The notes beneath the pieces are model-generated. The model did not search any database. It saw only the letters and a list, made by a program, of their open reading frames with translations, and was not told the DNA's origin. 27,072 nt of DNA from a virus. Its lineage: Duplodnaviria; Heunggongvirae; Uroviricota; Caudoviricetes; Demerecviridae. Position 1 is the stretch's first letter. Each line of letters begins with the position of its first letter. The stretch covers positions 84,530-111,601 of the IMG/VR virus record IMGVR_UViG_2974655256_000001; one strand, 5' to 3'. The position numbers were made by a program, and so were the translations under genes. Positions 16,528 through 25,619 of the stretch are shown here, one piece after another.

Positions 16528-19377
16528 TTAAATAGATGCCCAATCCACAGATTGCTCGCCATTATCACCTTCTGCTCTTATACGGAAGCGTAACTTCCTA
16601 TTAATACCTAGAGCATCCTCGTTATGAAGGGCATAGTCTGCCTTATTGTATATCAGTAGATAATCGTAGACATACTGATCTTCAATTCGTACACTTCTTA
16701 ATAAACGATCTAGGTTATCGTAGATTTCGAGAGTGTAGAAGATTCCATCAATAATATCTTCTTCTGGAATTCTATCCCAGGCCAACTTAACGTCTGGTCC
16801 TACAAACTCCGATGCATCTCCTGAAGCTGTGTTAGTAACCCTGAAATTACTAACGACGCTTAAGTTTTTAGCAGAGTTAAGTTCTACCGATAGTGTTACA
16901 GGAGAACTTCGTCTACCATTAATATCTACAGCTCTAATCTCAAAGACTGCTAAACCAGCAGGTTCTCCAATAATTTCTTGGATCATTCGTAGATTTGGAT
17001 TAGTTTCTAGTTGCTGTACGATATAAGGATCAGCATGTCCAGAATGAACGATGGAGTAATAAACAACGTTATTAGTTAAGCTAGGAAGCCAAGATAGCTC
17101 ACCATTCTTACCAATAGATCCTACTTGTCCACCCGGTGTTGGTGTGTACATAAAGTCTCTAGGAGGCAGTACGTTATTACTAACATCAGGGATATCGTTA
17201 CCACTATTATCAACCTGCTCGGAGTTAATGAATACATCCTCACCATACTCTTGCAGTGTAATATTAATCTTACCTTCTCTAGAGTTTTCAACTTCATCAA
17301 CTAGGAAGTATTTCTTATCCCAACCATAACGACCATATGTAAAAGCAACCGGATCGTTAGGCTCAATACCTATGAAATGATATGGTAATGAGAATGTGAG
17401 AGTTCGTGAGTAACGAGATTTTTTCAGTTCTCTATCTGCAAAGCTACGTGCAGTATAATAGTTAGTGATGTTTGCAAAAGAAAGCTGAAGTTTTTTATCT
17501 AATCCTTTATCTTGTTCTTTAAATATAGAGTTAAAGAATGTAATGGAGTTAGTTTTCCAGCTTAATGCAGGGTCTAATATGGAGGCTTGTACTGAGTTGA
17601 ACTTATTTCTGCCCGTAGTATCTGACAGCTCCAGATCACCGTAGGTATCTAAGAAGTCAATCTCTAGTGGAGTATTTGAGAACTTCTCAACAGTTATCCT
17701 ATACTGTCCAGATAAGTTGTTGATAGCACCACCGTAAGACTCTATTAATCCCTGCACGTTTTTAAATACTGACTCAGAGGTATCGAGAATAGTATTCATT
17801 TGAACTATTTGTCTATTCTCTCCTACAGCATCAGTCCATCCAACGTATCTCCAGTAGGGTTGCCAAGAAACCTGATAGGATTCATCAATGATATCCAGGA
17901 TAGCTGCTTCTTGAATAAGTTGCTGGAGAGGGAACTGATCAATAGTGATATTAGCACCGTAGCGGTCAGAGGTTAGGTAGTCCAGAGTTTGCCAGATACC
18001 ATTTAAGCTAGTCTTATCAGCAGTTACTCTACCATCTGAATGATAGATCTTAATCTTCTTACCTTGAACTTCAGCGCTAACTTCTGGAATTTCTGTTCTG
18101 TTTTCATTAATAGTAAAGCGAACAATAGCATAAGCAGTATCTAACAGTTTATAACGAGAGTCCCAGTATTCCGGGCCATTCTCATTCATGTTCTGTAAAT
18201 AGAAACCTTTCTCTTTTGCAATGTTAACTAGAACATCCGCAGCAGATTGATCTGCTTTACCATGATAAGTCCATATACGGATATCGCCATTACCATCATT
18301 ATACTTATATTCCTGTCCATGAACAGAAGGTTCAGAGCTTGGCTGGCCTGAAGCAATACGTTGCATGGTATCACCAGCTACTTTCTTAGTACCAAAGCAA
18401 GTACGAGACTTACTATCATTAGGATCAATACAGATCATTGGTACATCACCAAAGTAGAAATCTAGGAATCCATCAATCTCACCCTCACAGAAAGCGTATA
18501 CTACATATACGATATTAGGGTTATGCAGTTCAGTATCTGCGAATACTGGGATTCCAGGAATTTTCTGAACTCCGTACACTACTGGCAGGAATTTAGCAGC
18601 TAAGTTAAAATCAAGATCTACTTCCTTAGTTACAGTCTCATAGTATTTCTTTAGGCTATAGCTTCTAGAAAGACCAAATAACTTTTTCTTAGATTGTAAC
18701 TTATAACGTTCTTCCTGAACCTGATACTTAGCAAGAATAGAGATACTCTTGTTAGCGTGGAAGAACCCGTAGTCCTCTTGATATTCAGGTCGCTTAGCAC
18801 CATTAGACGGAACTAATTGTCCGGCAACAATCTCAAGCCCTCTATGGTCAGCATCATCTGTGAAACGTCCATTTACCCTATCAAAGTCATAGAATTGGTT
18901 TGAACAGTTCCATGTAATAACGGATGTACTAACTCCCGAAGTACCAATGTTATCTTTAATACCACCACCAGTGATTTTACCACGGAAGTAAAGTAAAGGA
19001 CCATTAGTGTCTGGATCTACAGGAAGAATGTTACCTTCTTCATCAATAACCGCTTGATGGATTGAGATAGATCTATCTAGGAAGGATACACCATTTTGGA
19101 CTAGTTTTAATACTTCATCCTCAGCAGTACCTGTGATAGTAAAAGAAAGGCTACCAATGGAAAGTTTTCTATTTTGTTTATGTGTTGTTATAGACTTAAC
19201 TTTACCGGATGTGTAAAGAATACCATTATAAATTACATCCCTAAAATAGTCTGTAAGATAAATGTATGCAGAACTTGATCCGGTAGAGCTTGGCAATTCA
19301 AGAGTAATAAGGCATGCAGTTTTTATTTTATTATTAGTTCTTAAATACTCTCTTGCACTGTCAAGAATTTTCTTCAT
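16528..19377 (-). CDS. pb3: Baseplate hub protein pb3
   Basis: 949 aa; hub motif LPVVYG and C-terminal FnIII-like repeats; T5 synteny and length as recalled. Confidence 0.9.
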   Translation of the reverse strand: MKKILDSAREYLRTNNKIKTACLITLELPSSTGSSSAYIYLTDYFRDVIYNGILYTSGKVKSITTHKQNRKLSIGSLSFTITGTAEDEVLKLVQNGVSFLDRSISIHQAVIDEEGNILPVDPDTNGPLLYFRGKITGGGIKDNIGTSGVSTSVITWNCSNQFYDFDRVNGRFTDDADHRGLEIVAGQLVPSNGAKRPEYQEDYGFFHANKSISILAKYQVQEERYKLQSKKKLFGLSRSYSLKKYYETVTKEVDLDFNLAAKFLPVVYGVQKIPGIPVFADTELHNPNIVYVVYAFCEGEIDGFLDFYFGDVPMICIDPNDSKSRTCFGTKKVAGDTMQRIASGQPSSEPSVHGQEYKYNDGNGDIRIWTYHGKADQSAADVLVNIAKEKGFYLQNMNENGPEYWDSRYKLLDTAYAIVRFTINENRTEIPEVSAEVQGKKIKIYHSDGRVTADKTSLNGIWQTLDYLTSDRYGANITIDQFPLQQLIQEAAILDIIDESYQVSWQPYWRYVGWTDAVGENRQIVQMNTILDTSESVFKNVQGLIESYGGAINNLSGQYRITVEKFSNTPLEIDFLDTYGDLELSDTTGRNKFNSVQASILDPALSWKTNSITFFNSIFKEQDKGLDKKLQLSFANITNYYTARSFADRELKKSRYSRTLTFSLPYHFIGIEPNDPVAFTYGRYGWDKKYFLVDEVENSREGKINITLQEYGEDVFINSEQVDNSGNDIPDVSNNVLPPRDFMYTPTPGGQVGSIGKNGELSWLPSLTNNVVYYSIVHSGHADPYIVQQLETNPNLRMIQEIIGEPAGLAVFEIRAVDINGRRSSPVTLSVELNSAKNLSVVSNFRVTNTASGDASEFVGPDVKLAWDRIPEEDIIDGIFYTLEIYDNLDRLLRSVRIEDQYVYDYLLIYNKADYALHNEDALGINRKLRFRIRAEGDNGEQSVDWASI

Positions 19378-19988
19378 AGACTTTCCCTCAAGGAAAGTGA
19401 AATACCAGTATATGTACCATTACTATTTAACGTAGAGCCGAAGCTGTCTCCGTTCATTAATTTAGTTCTAAATAGAATACCATTAAATACCGGTTTCTCA
19501 CTACCCGTAGTAGTAATGAATAGATCAGGGTAAACACTTATATTCCAAGTATTTCCTACTGTGTTGATAGAAGTGATTTTGTACACTTTTGGGTGGTTGG
19601 ACAATTTAAATAAATCGCCTGGTTTAGGCAGTCCACGAAGTGTACCTTTAGTGTCCATAATAACTGTTGAACCTTTTTGTCCAGCAGGAATATTTACAGC
19701 ACTAGTATCACCACGAACTCGGAAAGCTTCATATTGCGGTAATAACACATCAATATAGCTACCTGTTCTTTTGTAATCTAGAATGAATGAATCTAATTTA
19801 GCAAATTCATCTGGGAATAATTCTGGATAAGAGATATTAATACCCCAATATTGAGCAGACACCTTAACCTCCCTAACTTTACCATTAGGTAATTCATCAC
19901 GAATCATAGGGTCATTGTCTACTAAGTTAACGCTTTCAAAACCTAACCCTGATAGCTCTGGGTTCGTGTATGGGTCTGGTAGTCTCAT
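19374..19988 (-). CDS. pb9: Distal tail protein pb9
   Basis: 204 aa, MRLPDPYTNP start, strong SD GAGGAG; first gene after the late promoter; ATGA overlap with pb3. Confidence 0.9.
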   Translation of the reverse strand: MRLPDPYTNPELSGLGFESVNLVDNDPMIRDELPNGKVREVKVSAQYWGINISYPELFPDEFAKLDSFILDYKRTGSYIDVLLPQYEAFRVRGDTSAVNIPAGQKGSTVIMDTKGTLRGLPKPGDLFKLSNHPKVYKITSINTVGNTWNISVYPDLFITTTGSEKPVFNGILFRTKLMNGDSFGSTLNSNGTYTGISLSLRESL

Positions 19989-20014
19989 AGTTAATTTCTC
20001 CTCTTAATAACAAT

Positions 20015-20058
20015 ATTATAATAGGATTGGAAAATTTTATCAAGAAATTTTTATTTTT
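20015..20058 (-). promoter_or_regulatory. T5 late promoter PG25 orthologue driving pb9-pb3-pb4-p132-ltf
   Basis: On the - strand: AAAAATAAAAATT UP element, TTGATA (20043-20038), 17-bp spacer, TATAAT (20020-20015), then ATTAAGAGGAGAAATTAACTATG. Confidence 0.9.
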
Positions 20059-20061
20059 CCA

Positions 20062-20090
20062 TAAAGAAAAGGAGGACATAAAGTCCTCCT
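20062..20090 (-). terminator. Rho-independent terminator after pb2
   Basis: AGGAGGAC-TTTAT-GTCCTCCT followed by TTTCTTT on the - strand. Confidence 0.87.
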
Positions 20091-20096
20091 CCAGTA

Positions 20097-23000
20097 TTAA
20101 GAATTACCAAGTGATTTCAGGGTGGTTCCATTCTCATTAAGAGCCTGTTCCACGGCATCCCTGAAAGCAGCACTATTGCTCGAAGCAAAATCTCGGAAGC
20201 TAGCCGCATCCATCGTACTGATGTTCAGCACAATAGGTCTACCCGATGTGCCTTTTGAAGATCCTTTGAGTTCATCAGTAGGGGTAGCCTTCATCGGAAC
20301 CATAGGAGTGATTACTTCGGTACCATGCTCACCCATCTGGTAACTAACTCCAGGATACATATTACCACCTTCTGCACGAGGTACGAAAGAGTTAGCATTA
20401 CCAATCCCTTGATCTCCTCGAATATAAGAAAGTTCACCTGCATTAGCCGACATAGAAACGTCTACATTCTTCTGGCGTTCTCCAAGAGTTAAGTAACCAG
20501 CTGTCTCAGCACCAGAGTCCCCAATAGAAGACATACCAGATGCAGAAGATGCTTGAGCAAGAGCCATAGCACCTGCTAAACCAGCCGCAACCATCAGAGG
20601 AATAGAGAATGGATACGGAACAGCTGTTGCTGCCTGCATCACCGCTACTGCCGTCTGGATAATGATTTGCTTCTTAGCTGCATCTTGCTGGATCTTGAGC
20701 TTTTCAGCCTCTAACTTCTTGATCTTAGCTTTAGATTGCTCAGATTTACCATCACGTTTCTGTTCTGCTGCAATAGCTGCATCAATAGCACTTACCTGTT
20801 GACCAACACTATACTGAATCATTGAAGATACAGTTTGCATACCAGCCGCTACTAGAGAGGTAGTATCCAGAGATCCTTGAGAGAACTGGATCATAGCATT
20901 AGTTAGGTTACCCATACTTTGTGCTACAGCAGTTGCTTCGGAGTTCAGTTCAGACAGCTTAGAAATAGCCTGGTCATAGGACGCCATTCTATTCTGCATA
21001 TCTGCGAAGTTTTTATCTTCTCCAGTTAATCCAGTAGTAGGAGTATAGGTAGCCCCTACAGCCGCACCTACAGAAGACTGCATTTCTGCATCGCGCTGTA
21101 CTCTTAAAGCTGCGAGCTGGGCTCTAGTTTCTGCTAGCTTTTTATTATACTCTAACTGAGCAGCAGCATTCCCTAAAGTTTTTTGCTTAAGGTCTTCGAA
21201 TAGCTGGATTTGCTCCTTGATATGTTCCGCAGCTCCCATTAAAGGATTTGCAGTAAACTTCCTTTGTTGCTCCTCTTCCCTGCCAGCAGCCATTTCCCTT
21301 TGCTGATCCTGACGGAATTTCCAGATTTCACGTTCAATTTGTGCCTGAGCACGTCTTGATTGTTCAGCTTCCTTATGCTTATCAACCTGTTTGGAGTACC
21401 ATTCATACTTTTCTTTCTCGACAGTCAGTTCAAGATTCAACTGAGCTAAACGATATTGAGTATCTGTCATAGTACGGTTATTCAGGAGAGCAATTTCACG
21501 ATCAACACCAAGAATCTTATCGGTATAGTCCTTAACCTTCTTCTGAGCTTCCATACCCTGGTTAGTAATCTTGATACGTTCTAACTGAATCTTAGCTATT
21601 TCACCTTCGATTGCTTTGTTACCTTTGTTAGTTTCTAGGACACGCTTAAGAGCTGCTTCCTGTTCTTCTAACTGTTGGATTTCCAGACGTCTACCAGCTT
21701 CCTGTGCTTTCTCTTTGTCCTTAGTCTGGTTGTATACTTCTGCAATCTTTTGCTGAACTTCTAACTGATTCTTAGTCTCATTACCAGTTAATTTTACGTA
21801 ACCAGCAAGAGCTTGTGAAGCAGTCTTCATCTCACTAAGAGTATTATACCCTAAATTCAGGCTCTTAACATACTCATCAGCATTTTTACCAGTACCCGCG
21901 GACAGAGACTCAATAGTCTTAATCGTATCTGATAAGGATGCACTAGTTTTAGCCGCAGTATTAGTATTCTGAGCAATGTTCTGGATATCGTTAGCTAAGT
22001 CACTGGCAGTTTTCTTGGCTTGGTCATACGCTTTCTGCTGTTCTGTCAATCCTTTCAGAGTTGCAGAGTTAAAGTCATAAACCGCATCCGGGTCATTTGC
22101 ATCTTTCTGTAGGTTAATTTGCTTCTGGAATTCTGTATTAGATTTGGCTGCGGCAGCACCAGCAGCTTGGTATGCCGATTTCCATGCATTAAGATTGCCA
22201 GTTGAATCCTCTACTTCCTTATCAAGACGCTCTACCTGGAGAGCTAATGCAGCAGTATCTGCAATGAATTTCTGGTTTTCTTCAGAAGATCCTATGCGAA
22301 CTCCTCCTACTTCAAAACCTCCTGCAGCTAACCCTACCGGTGCACCTTGAGCAACTAAACGAATAGCCCCTGCTGTAGATGCATCTGCTTGCTGCATACG
22401 CTTATCTAGATCAGCTTTTAACTTATTACGCTTTTCTAGAGATTCTTTGTACATATCAAGAGCTTTATTATATCCTTCCTCAGAAGCGGAAAGACTTAAA
22501 GCTACAGCACCAACGTTAGTTGGGTCAATCTGACGGTTAGTTTCTTCCTGTGCTCTAGCAGCAGAGGCCGAGATAGATGCTTGAGAAGTATAGAATACTG
22601 CGTTGATAGAATCAATTACTGGCCCTAAATACTTAGCAGCAGCCTGTTGAACCTTTCTCAGTGCAGCATCAGCATTAGCAGCAAACTGTTCCCAGGGGGT
22701 TGCACGAAGTACATCATCAAGATAGCCGAAACGTTTAGTAGATTCAGCGATAACTGCGTTAGCATATGCTTGTTGCTTCTGGAAAGTAGAGAGACTATTA
22801 ACGTTATATGTAATACCTGTGTTAGCAGCATTTAACTGTTTAACGTAGTCTGCGTAAGCATCGTTAAGACGAATAGTAACACCAAGTTCGTCCAGAAGTT
22901 CGATTTCTTGTTTAGATACGCCCTTGATTACACGGTTAAGTGCATCAGTCATATCAACACCAAGAACAGCAGCAGCACGACGAGCTACTAGACCAAATTT

Positions 23001-23804
23001 ATTAAGTTGTTCAGCATCGAATCCATATGCAGAAGCAGAGGATGCCTGTCTCATTGCTTCTTCGAAGGAGATTGCATAACCAGCAGCCTCTTGTAGAGAT
23101 CTAGCTAGAGTTTGTACAGGAGTACCTGTTTGAGTACCAACAATAGTACCAAACTTCTCAAGACGGTTTAACTGGTCACCCATCTTAAGTTGTTCGAATG
23201 CAGATTGTAGAACGAACACGTTAGACGCGATAGCAGCATACATAAGAGGTAAACTACCACCCACTTTAGCCATTGCTGCGAAGTCACGAGTAGCACCACG
23301 TGCTGAACCAGAAGTATTACCAATTGCACGACTAGCACGTCCTGCGGAGGTAGTTGTATCGTTAAAGCCTCTAGCAGTATTGCCTAGTGCTCGGTTAGTA
23401 TCATATAATCTATCTTGAACTTTTTCGGTTGCAGCAGCTACATCGTTACCCATAGCCTTAACAGATTTACCCACATGTGTAAATCCAGACTCTAGCTTCT
23501 CAGATACTTCGATCATAGCAAGGGCAAGATCATCTAGCTTATCACCAATACCTTCAATGGATTTAGTGATACCAGCCATACCTCTACTAGCCTGCATTTT
23601 AGTTAGACTTTTAGCTGCTCTATCCGCCGCCCTCTCAATGGAGTAAAGAGTTTTGGGCATTTTTCCTAACTGCTCATTAGTCAGTTCGGAAGCGGCAGCA
23701 GCATTTTCTAACGCATCGGAAACGTTCTCAATAGATTTTGCAGTACGGGTTGCCCCTTTCTGCTTTACATCTATAAGTAGTTCTCGTATTAGCTTATCAG
23801 TCAT
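20097..23804 (-). CDS. pb2: Tape measure protein pb2
   Basis: 1235 aa; Ala/Gln/Lys-rich helical; hydrophobic segments (LPLMYAAIASNVFVL; IPLMVAAGLAGAMALA); C-terminal TMP motif RAEGG..Y.MGEHGTE; follows the chaperone ORFs. Confidence 0.93.
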   Translation of the reverse strand: MTDKLIRELLIDVKQKGATRTAKSIENVSDALENAAAASELTNEQLGKMPKTLYSIERAADRAAKSLTKMQASRGMAGITKSIEGIGDKLDDLALAMIEVSEKLESGFTHVGKSVKAMGNDVAAATEKVQDRLYDTNRALGNTARGFNDTTTSAGRASRAIGNTSGSARGATRDFAAMAKVGGSLPLMYAAIASNVFVLQSAFEQLKMGDQLNRLEKFGTIVGTQTGTPVQTLARSLQEAAGYAISFEEAMRQASSASAYGFDAEQLNKFGLVARRAAAVLGVDMTDALNRVIKGVSKQEIELLDELGVTIRLNDAYADYVKQLNAANTGITYNVNSLSTFQKQQAYANAVIAESTKRFGYLDDVLRATPWEQFAANADAALRKVQQAAAKYLGPVIDSINAVFYTSQASISASAARAQEETNRQIDPTNVGAVALSLSASEEGYNKALDMYKESLEKRNKLKADLDKRMQQADASTAGAIRLVAQGAPVGLAAGGFEVGGVRIGSSEENQKFIADTAALALQVERLDKEVEDSTGNLNAWKSAYQAAGAAAAKSNTEFQKQINLQKDANDPDAVYDFNSATLKGLTEQQKAYDQAKKTASDLANDIQNIAQNTNTAAKTSASLSDTIKTIESLSAGTGKNADEYVKSLNLGYNTLSEMKTASQALAGYVKLTGNETKNQLEVQQKIAEVYNQTKDKEKAQEAGRRLEIQQLEEQEAALKRVLETNKGNKAIEGEIAKIQLERIKITNQGMEAQKKVKDYTDKILGVDREIALLNNRTMTDTQYRLAQLNLELTVEKEKYEWYSKQVDKHKEAEQSRRAQAQIEREIWKFRQDQQREMAAGREEEQQRKFTANPLMGAAEHIKEQIQLFEDLKQKTLGNAAAQLEYNKKLAETRAQLAALRVQRDAEMQSSVGAAVGATYTPTTGLTGEDKNFADMQNRMASYDQAISKLSELNSEATAVAQSMGNLTNAMIQFSQGSLDTTSLVAAGMQTVSSMIQYSVGQQVSAIDAAIAAEQKRDGKSEQSKAKIKKLEAEKLKIQQDAAKKQIIIQTAVAVMQAATAVPYPFSIPLMVAAGLAGAMALAQASSASGMSSIGDSGAETAGYLTLGERQKNVDVSMSANAGELSYIRGDQGIGNANSFVPRAEGGNMYPGVSYQMGEHGTEVITPMVPMKATPTDELKGSSKGTSGRPIVLNISTMDAASFRDFASSNSAAFRDAVEQALNENGTTLKSLGNS

Positions 23805-23818
23805 TTATTTTTCCCAAT

Positions 23819-23849
23819 AAAAAAGGCTCTGGGCAAATCACCCAGAGCC
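23819..23849 (-). terminator. Rho-independent terminator immediately upstream of pb2
   Basis: GGCTCTGGG-TGATTTG-CCCAGAGCC followed by TTTTTT on the - strand, 14 nt before the pb2 ATG. Confidence 0.87.
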
Positions 23850-23884
23850 AAGCCTCATCGTGGAACGCCCATTGGAGGAAACTT

Positions 23885-24253
23885 TTACTGAGCTCGAGAT
23901 CTAGCATGCGGTTTAATGTTCGGAGTACGACCATTAGGTTTACTATGCTTCTCGGCTCTCTTACGAGCTGCATCTACAGCTTTCGAATCAAATATATTGA
24001 TGATGTGTAGAACAAACTCTTTCTCTATAGGATCAGTAATCCCATAGATATCAAATAAAACACCTAGTGCACTTTTGTCTTTTCCTATAAAGATAGGAAA
24101 GTCACCTGGTATGAAACAGTCAATAAGACTGTTATAAATATTCATACTAGTAGATACAATAGGTGGAAAATCTTCGAGTTCAACAGGCATTGCCTTAGGA
24201 TCAGGTTCAATACCTAGTGACTCACAAAGCATTAAATATTGTTGTTTTGTCAT
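23885..24253 (-). CDS. Tail assembly chaperone, downstream (T-like) ORF; probably made as a frameshift fusion
   Basis: Lies between the G-like ORF and the TMP gene. LGIEPDP...P...F pattern. No SD before the ATG at 24253, and the frame is open upstream to 24340. Confidence 0.75.
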   Translation of the reverse strand: MTKQQYLMLCESLGIEPDPKAMPVELEDFPPIVSTSMNIYNSLIDCFIPGDFPIFIGKDKSALGVLFDIYGITDPIEKEFVLHIINIFDSKAVDAARKRAEKHSKPNGRTPNIKPHARSRAQ

Positions 24254-24314
24254 TTTAGATGCTGAGGATTTAATGCATTTATCTGCAAAATCGGCAACAG
24301 CATCTAGTAACTGC

Positions 24315-24719
24315 TTACGCTTTTGAGCTACGAAAAGTGTCTAAGTGGAACACTGTCTGGTTGATCCAAGAATCAAACGCAGCAGAGTTCTGCATAAGCA
24401 TGATAGCATTATCGCGGCTAAATGGAACTTCAGTAGTAGGATCAGCTTCAGTTTCGATAAGCATCAGCTTCTCAACATCTCCAATCGTCAAGCCAGTCCA
24501 GCCAGCAATTGCAGTATCAACGAAAGCTTCAATAAACTTATCATCATCCTGAACCTGAATCATAGTACCGTTAACCCACTCATCACGCTTAGCGGAAGAG
24601 ATAACACGCTTAGATGCAGCACGAGACATGTAGTTCAGTTGCAGCTTGAAGTTAGGCATACCTGGGTAAGCCAGCTCAATAGTACGAGTTTCAAGGGTAA
24701 TATCTTTTAAATTGATCAT
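24315..24719 (-). CDS. Tail assembly chaperone, upstream (G-like) ORF
   Basis: 134 aa, acidic; IAGWTGL pattern typical of tail chaperones; GGAGA SD; canonical position. Confidence 0.82.
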   Translation of the reverse strand: MINLKDITLETRTIELAYPGMPNFKLQLNYMSRAASKRVISSAKRDEWVNGTMIQVQDDDKFIEAFVDTAIAGWTGLTIGDVEKLMLIETEADPTTEVPFSRDNAIMLMQNSAAFDSWINQTVFHLDTFRSSKA

Positions 24720-25615
24720 TTCTTTATTTCTCCAAAGAAGTCGATTCTTACCGGATCAGAGTCTGCAGTAGGGATTACATCCCATTCAACTCTGTATATA
24801 TCCGAGAATTGTAGGCGTTTTGTTATACGTGCTGAAGGAAAATCAATCGAAATATGTTCATTTCTGATGGTTAATGGTATGTCAGTTTCGGGTTCAATAT
24901 TATAAAATATATCACCAGCAAATCGCTTGGTGTAGTAAAATGCAATTGTTGCCGAAGCATTCATTTCATTAACATAAGCTCTCTTATTATTATATATTTT
25001 GTTTATGTCAAATACGCTTTTATCTTCTCTCCAAGAACATTGTTGCTGGAATGACATAGAAGCGGATAAAAGAGCTGGTAAAACATTACTGTTGGTAGAT
25101 ACTCTAGGAGGACTATATGACATAACTTCACCCTGAACAATAGAACCAGCAGGAGTAAAAGTAGACACCTCAGAGAACTTACCAGATTCAATTCCTACGT
25201 TTAGGATAGGAACGCTTTTATCTAGAGAAAAGTCTACAGTAGATACATAGCAATTCTCAAAGTATACACAGTTATTATCTTTATTAACTATGTATATATT
25301 AAACATTGTTGGCTCAATATTTGTACTATAAAGTGGTAGTAAGAATGTGTTACCCTCTCGGTCAAAGCCCATCCATTCAAAGAAGTTAGCTTCAGTAAGG
25401 GTATTACTAAAATTTATAGCCAGTGATATTGAAGATGGAGTTTGTGCATTAATAATAGAGTCAGCATAGTTGGTTCTACGATGGATAGTCCTACGAAGAG
25501 TTTTAAATTCCTCATAGGACGTATTGATATCGTAATTTGACAGGGCATCAAAATGATAAGCCCTGCCATCATACTCAACTATAACTTTTGACTCCCTCAT
25601 TAGAGAGTAGTACAT
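24716..25615 (-). CDS. Baseplate tube protein p140 (minor tail protein)
   Basis: 299 aa directly after pb6; T5 synteny; MYYSLMRESKV N-terminus as recalled for p140. Confidence 0.82.
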   Translation of the reverse strand: MYYSLMRESKVIVEYDGRAYHFDALSNYDINTSYEEFKTLRRTIHRRTNYADSIINAQTPSSISLAINFSNTLTEANFFEWMGFDREGNTFLLPLYSTNIEPTMFNIYIVNKDNNCVYFENCYVSTVDFSLDKSVPILNVGIESGKFSEVSTFTPAGSIVQGEVMSYSPPRVSTNSNVLPALLSASMSFQQQCSWREDKSVFDINKIYNNKRAYVNEMNASATIAFYYTKRFAGDIFYNIEPETDIPLTIRNEHISIDFPSARITKRLQFSDIYRVEWDVIPTADSDPVRIDFFGEIKK

Positions 25616-25619
25616 TTAA

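Noticed and set aside
21213-21224. HIKE (HxxE) in pb2 as a zinc-peptidase motif
   Set aside because: A four-residue match in a 1235-aa helical protein is expected by chance. No supporting context, and conservation could not be checked.
24337-24710. + strand ORFs of 71 and 121 aa opposite the chaperone gene
   Set aside because: They are antisense shadows with no SD, promoter or motif. The other short nested ORFs in the track were rejected for the same reason.
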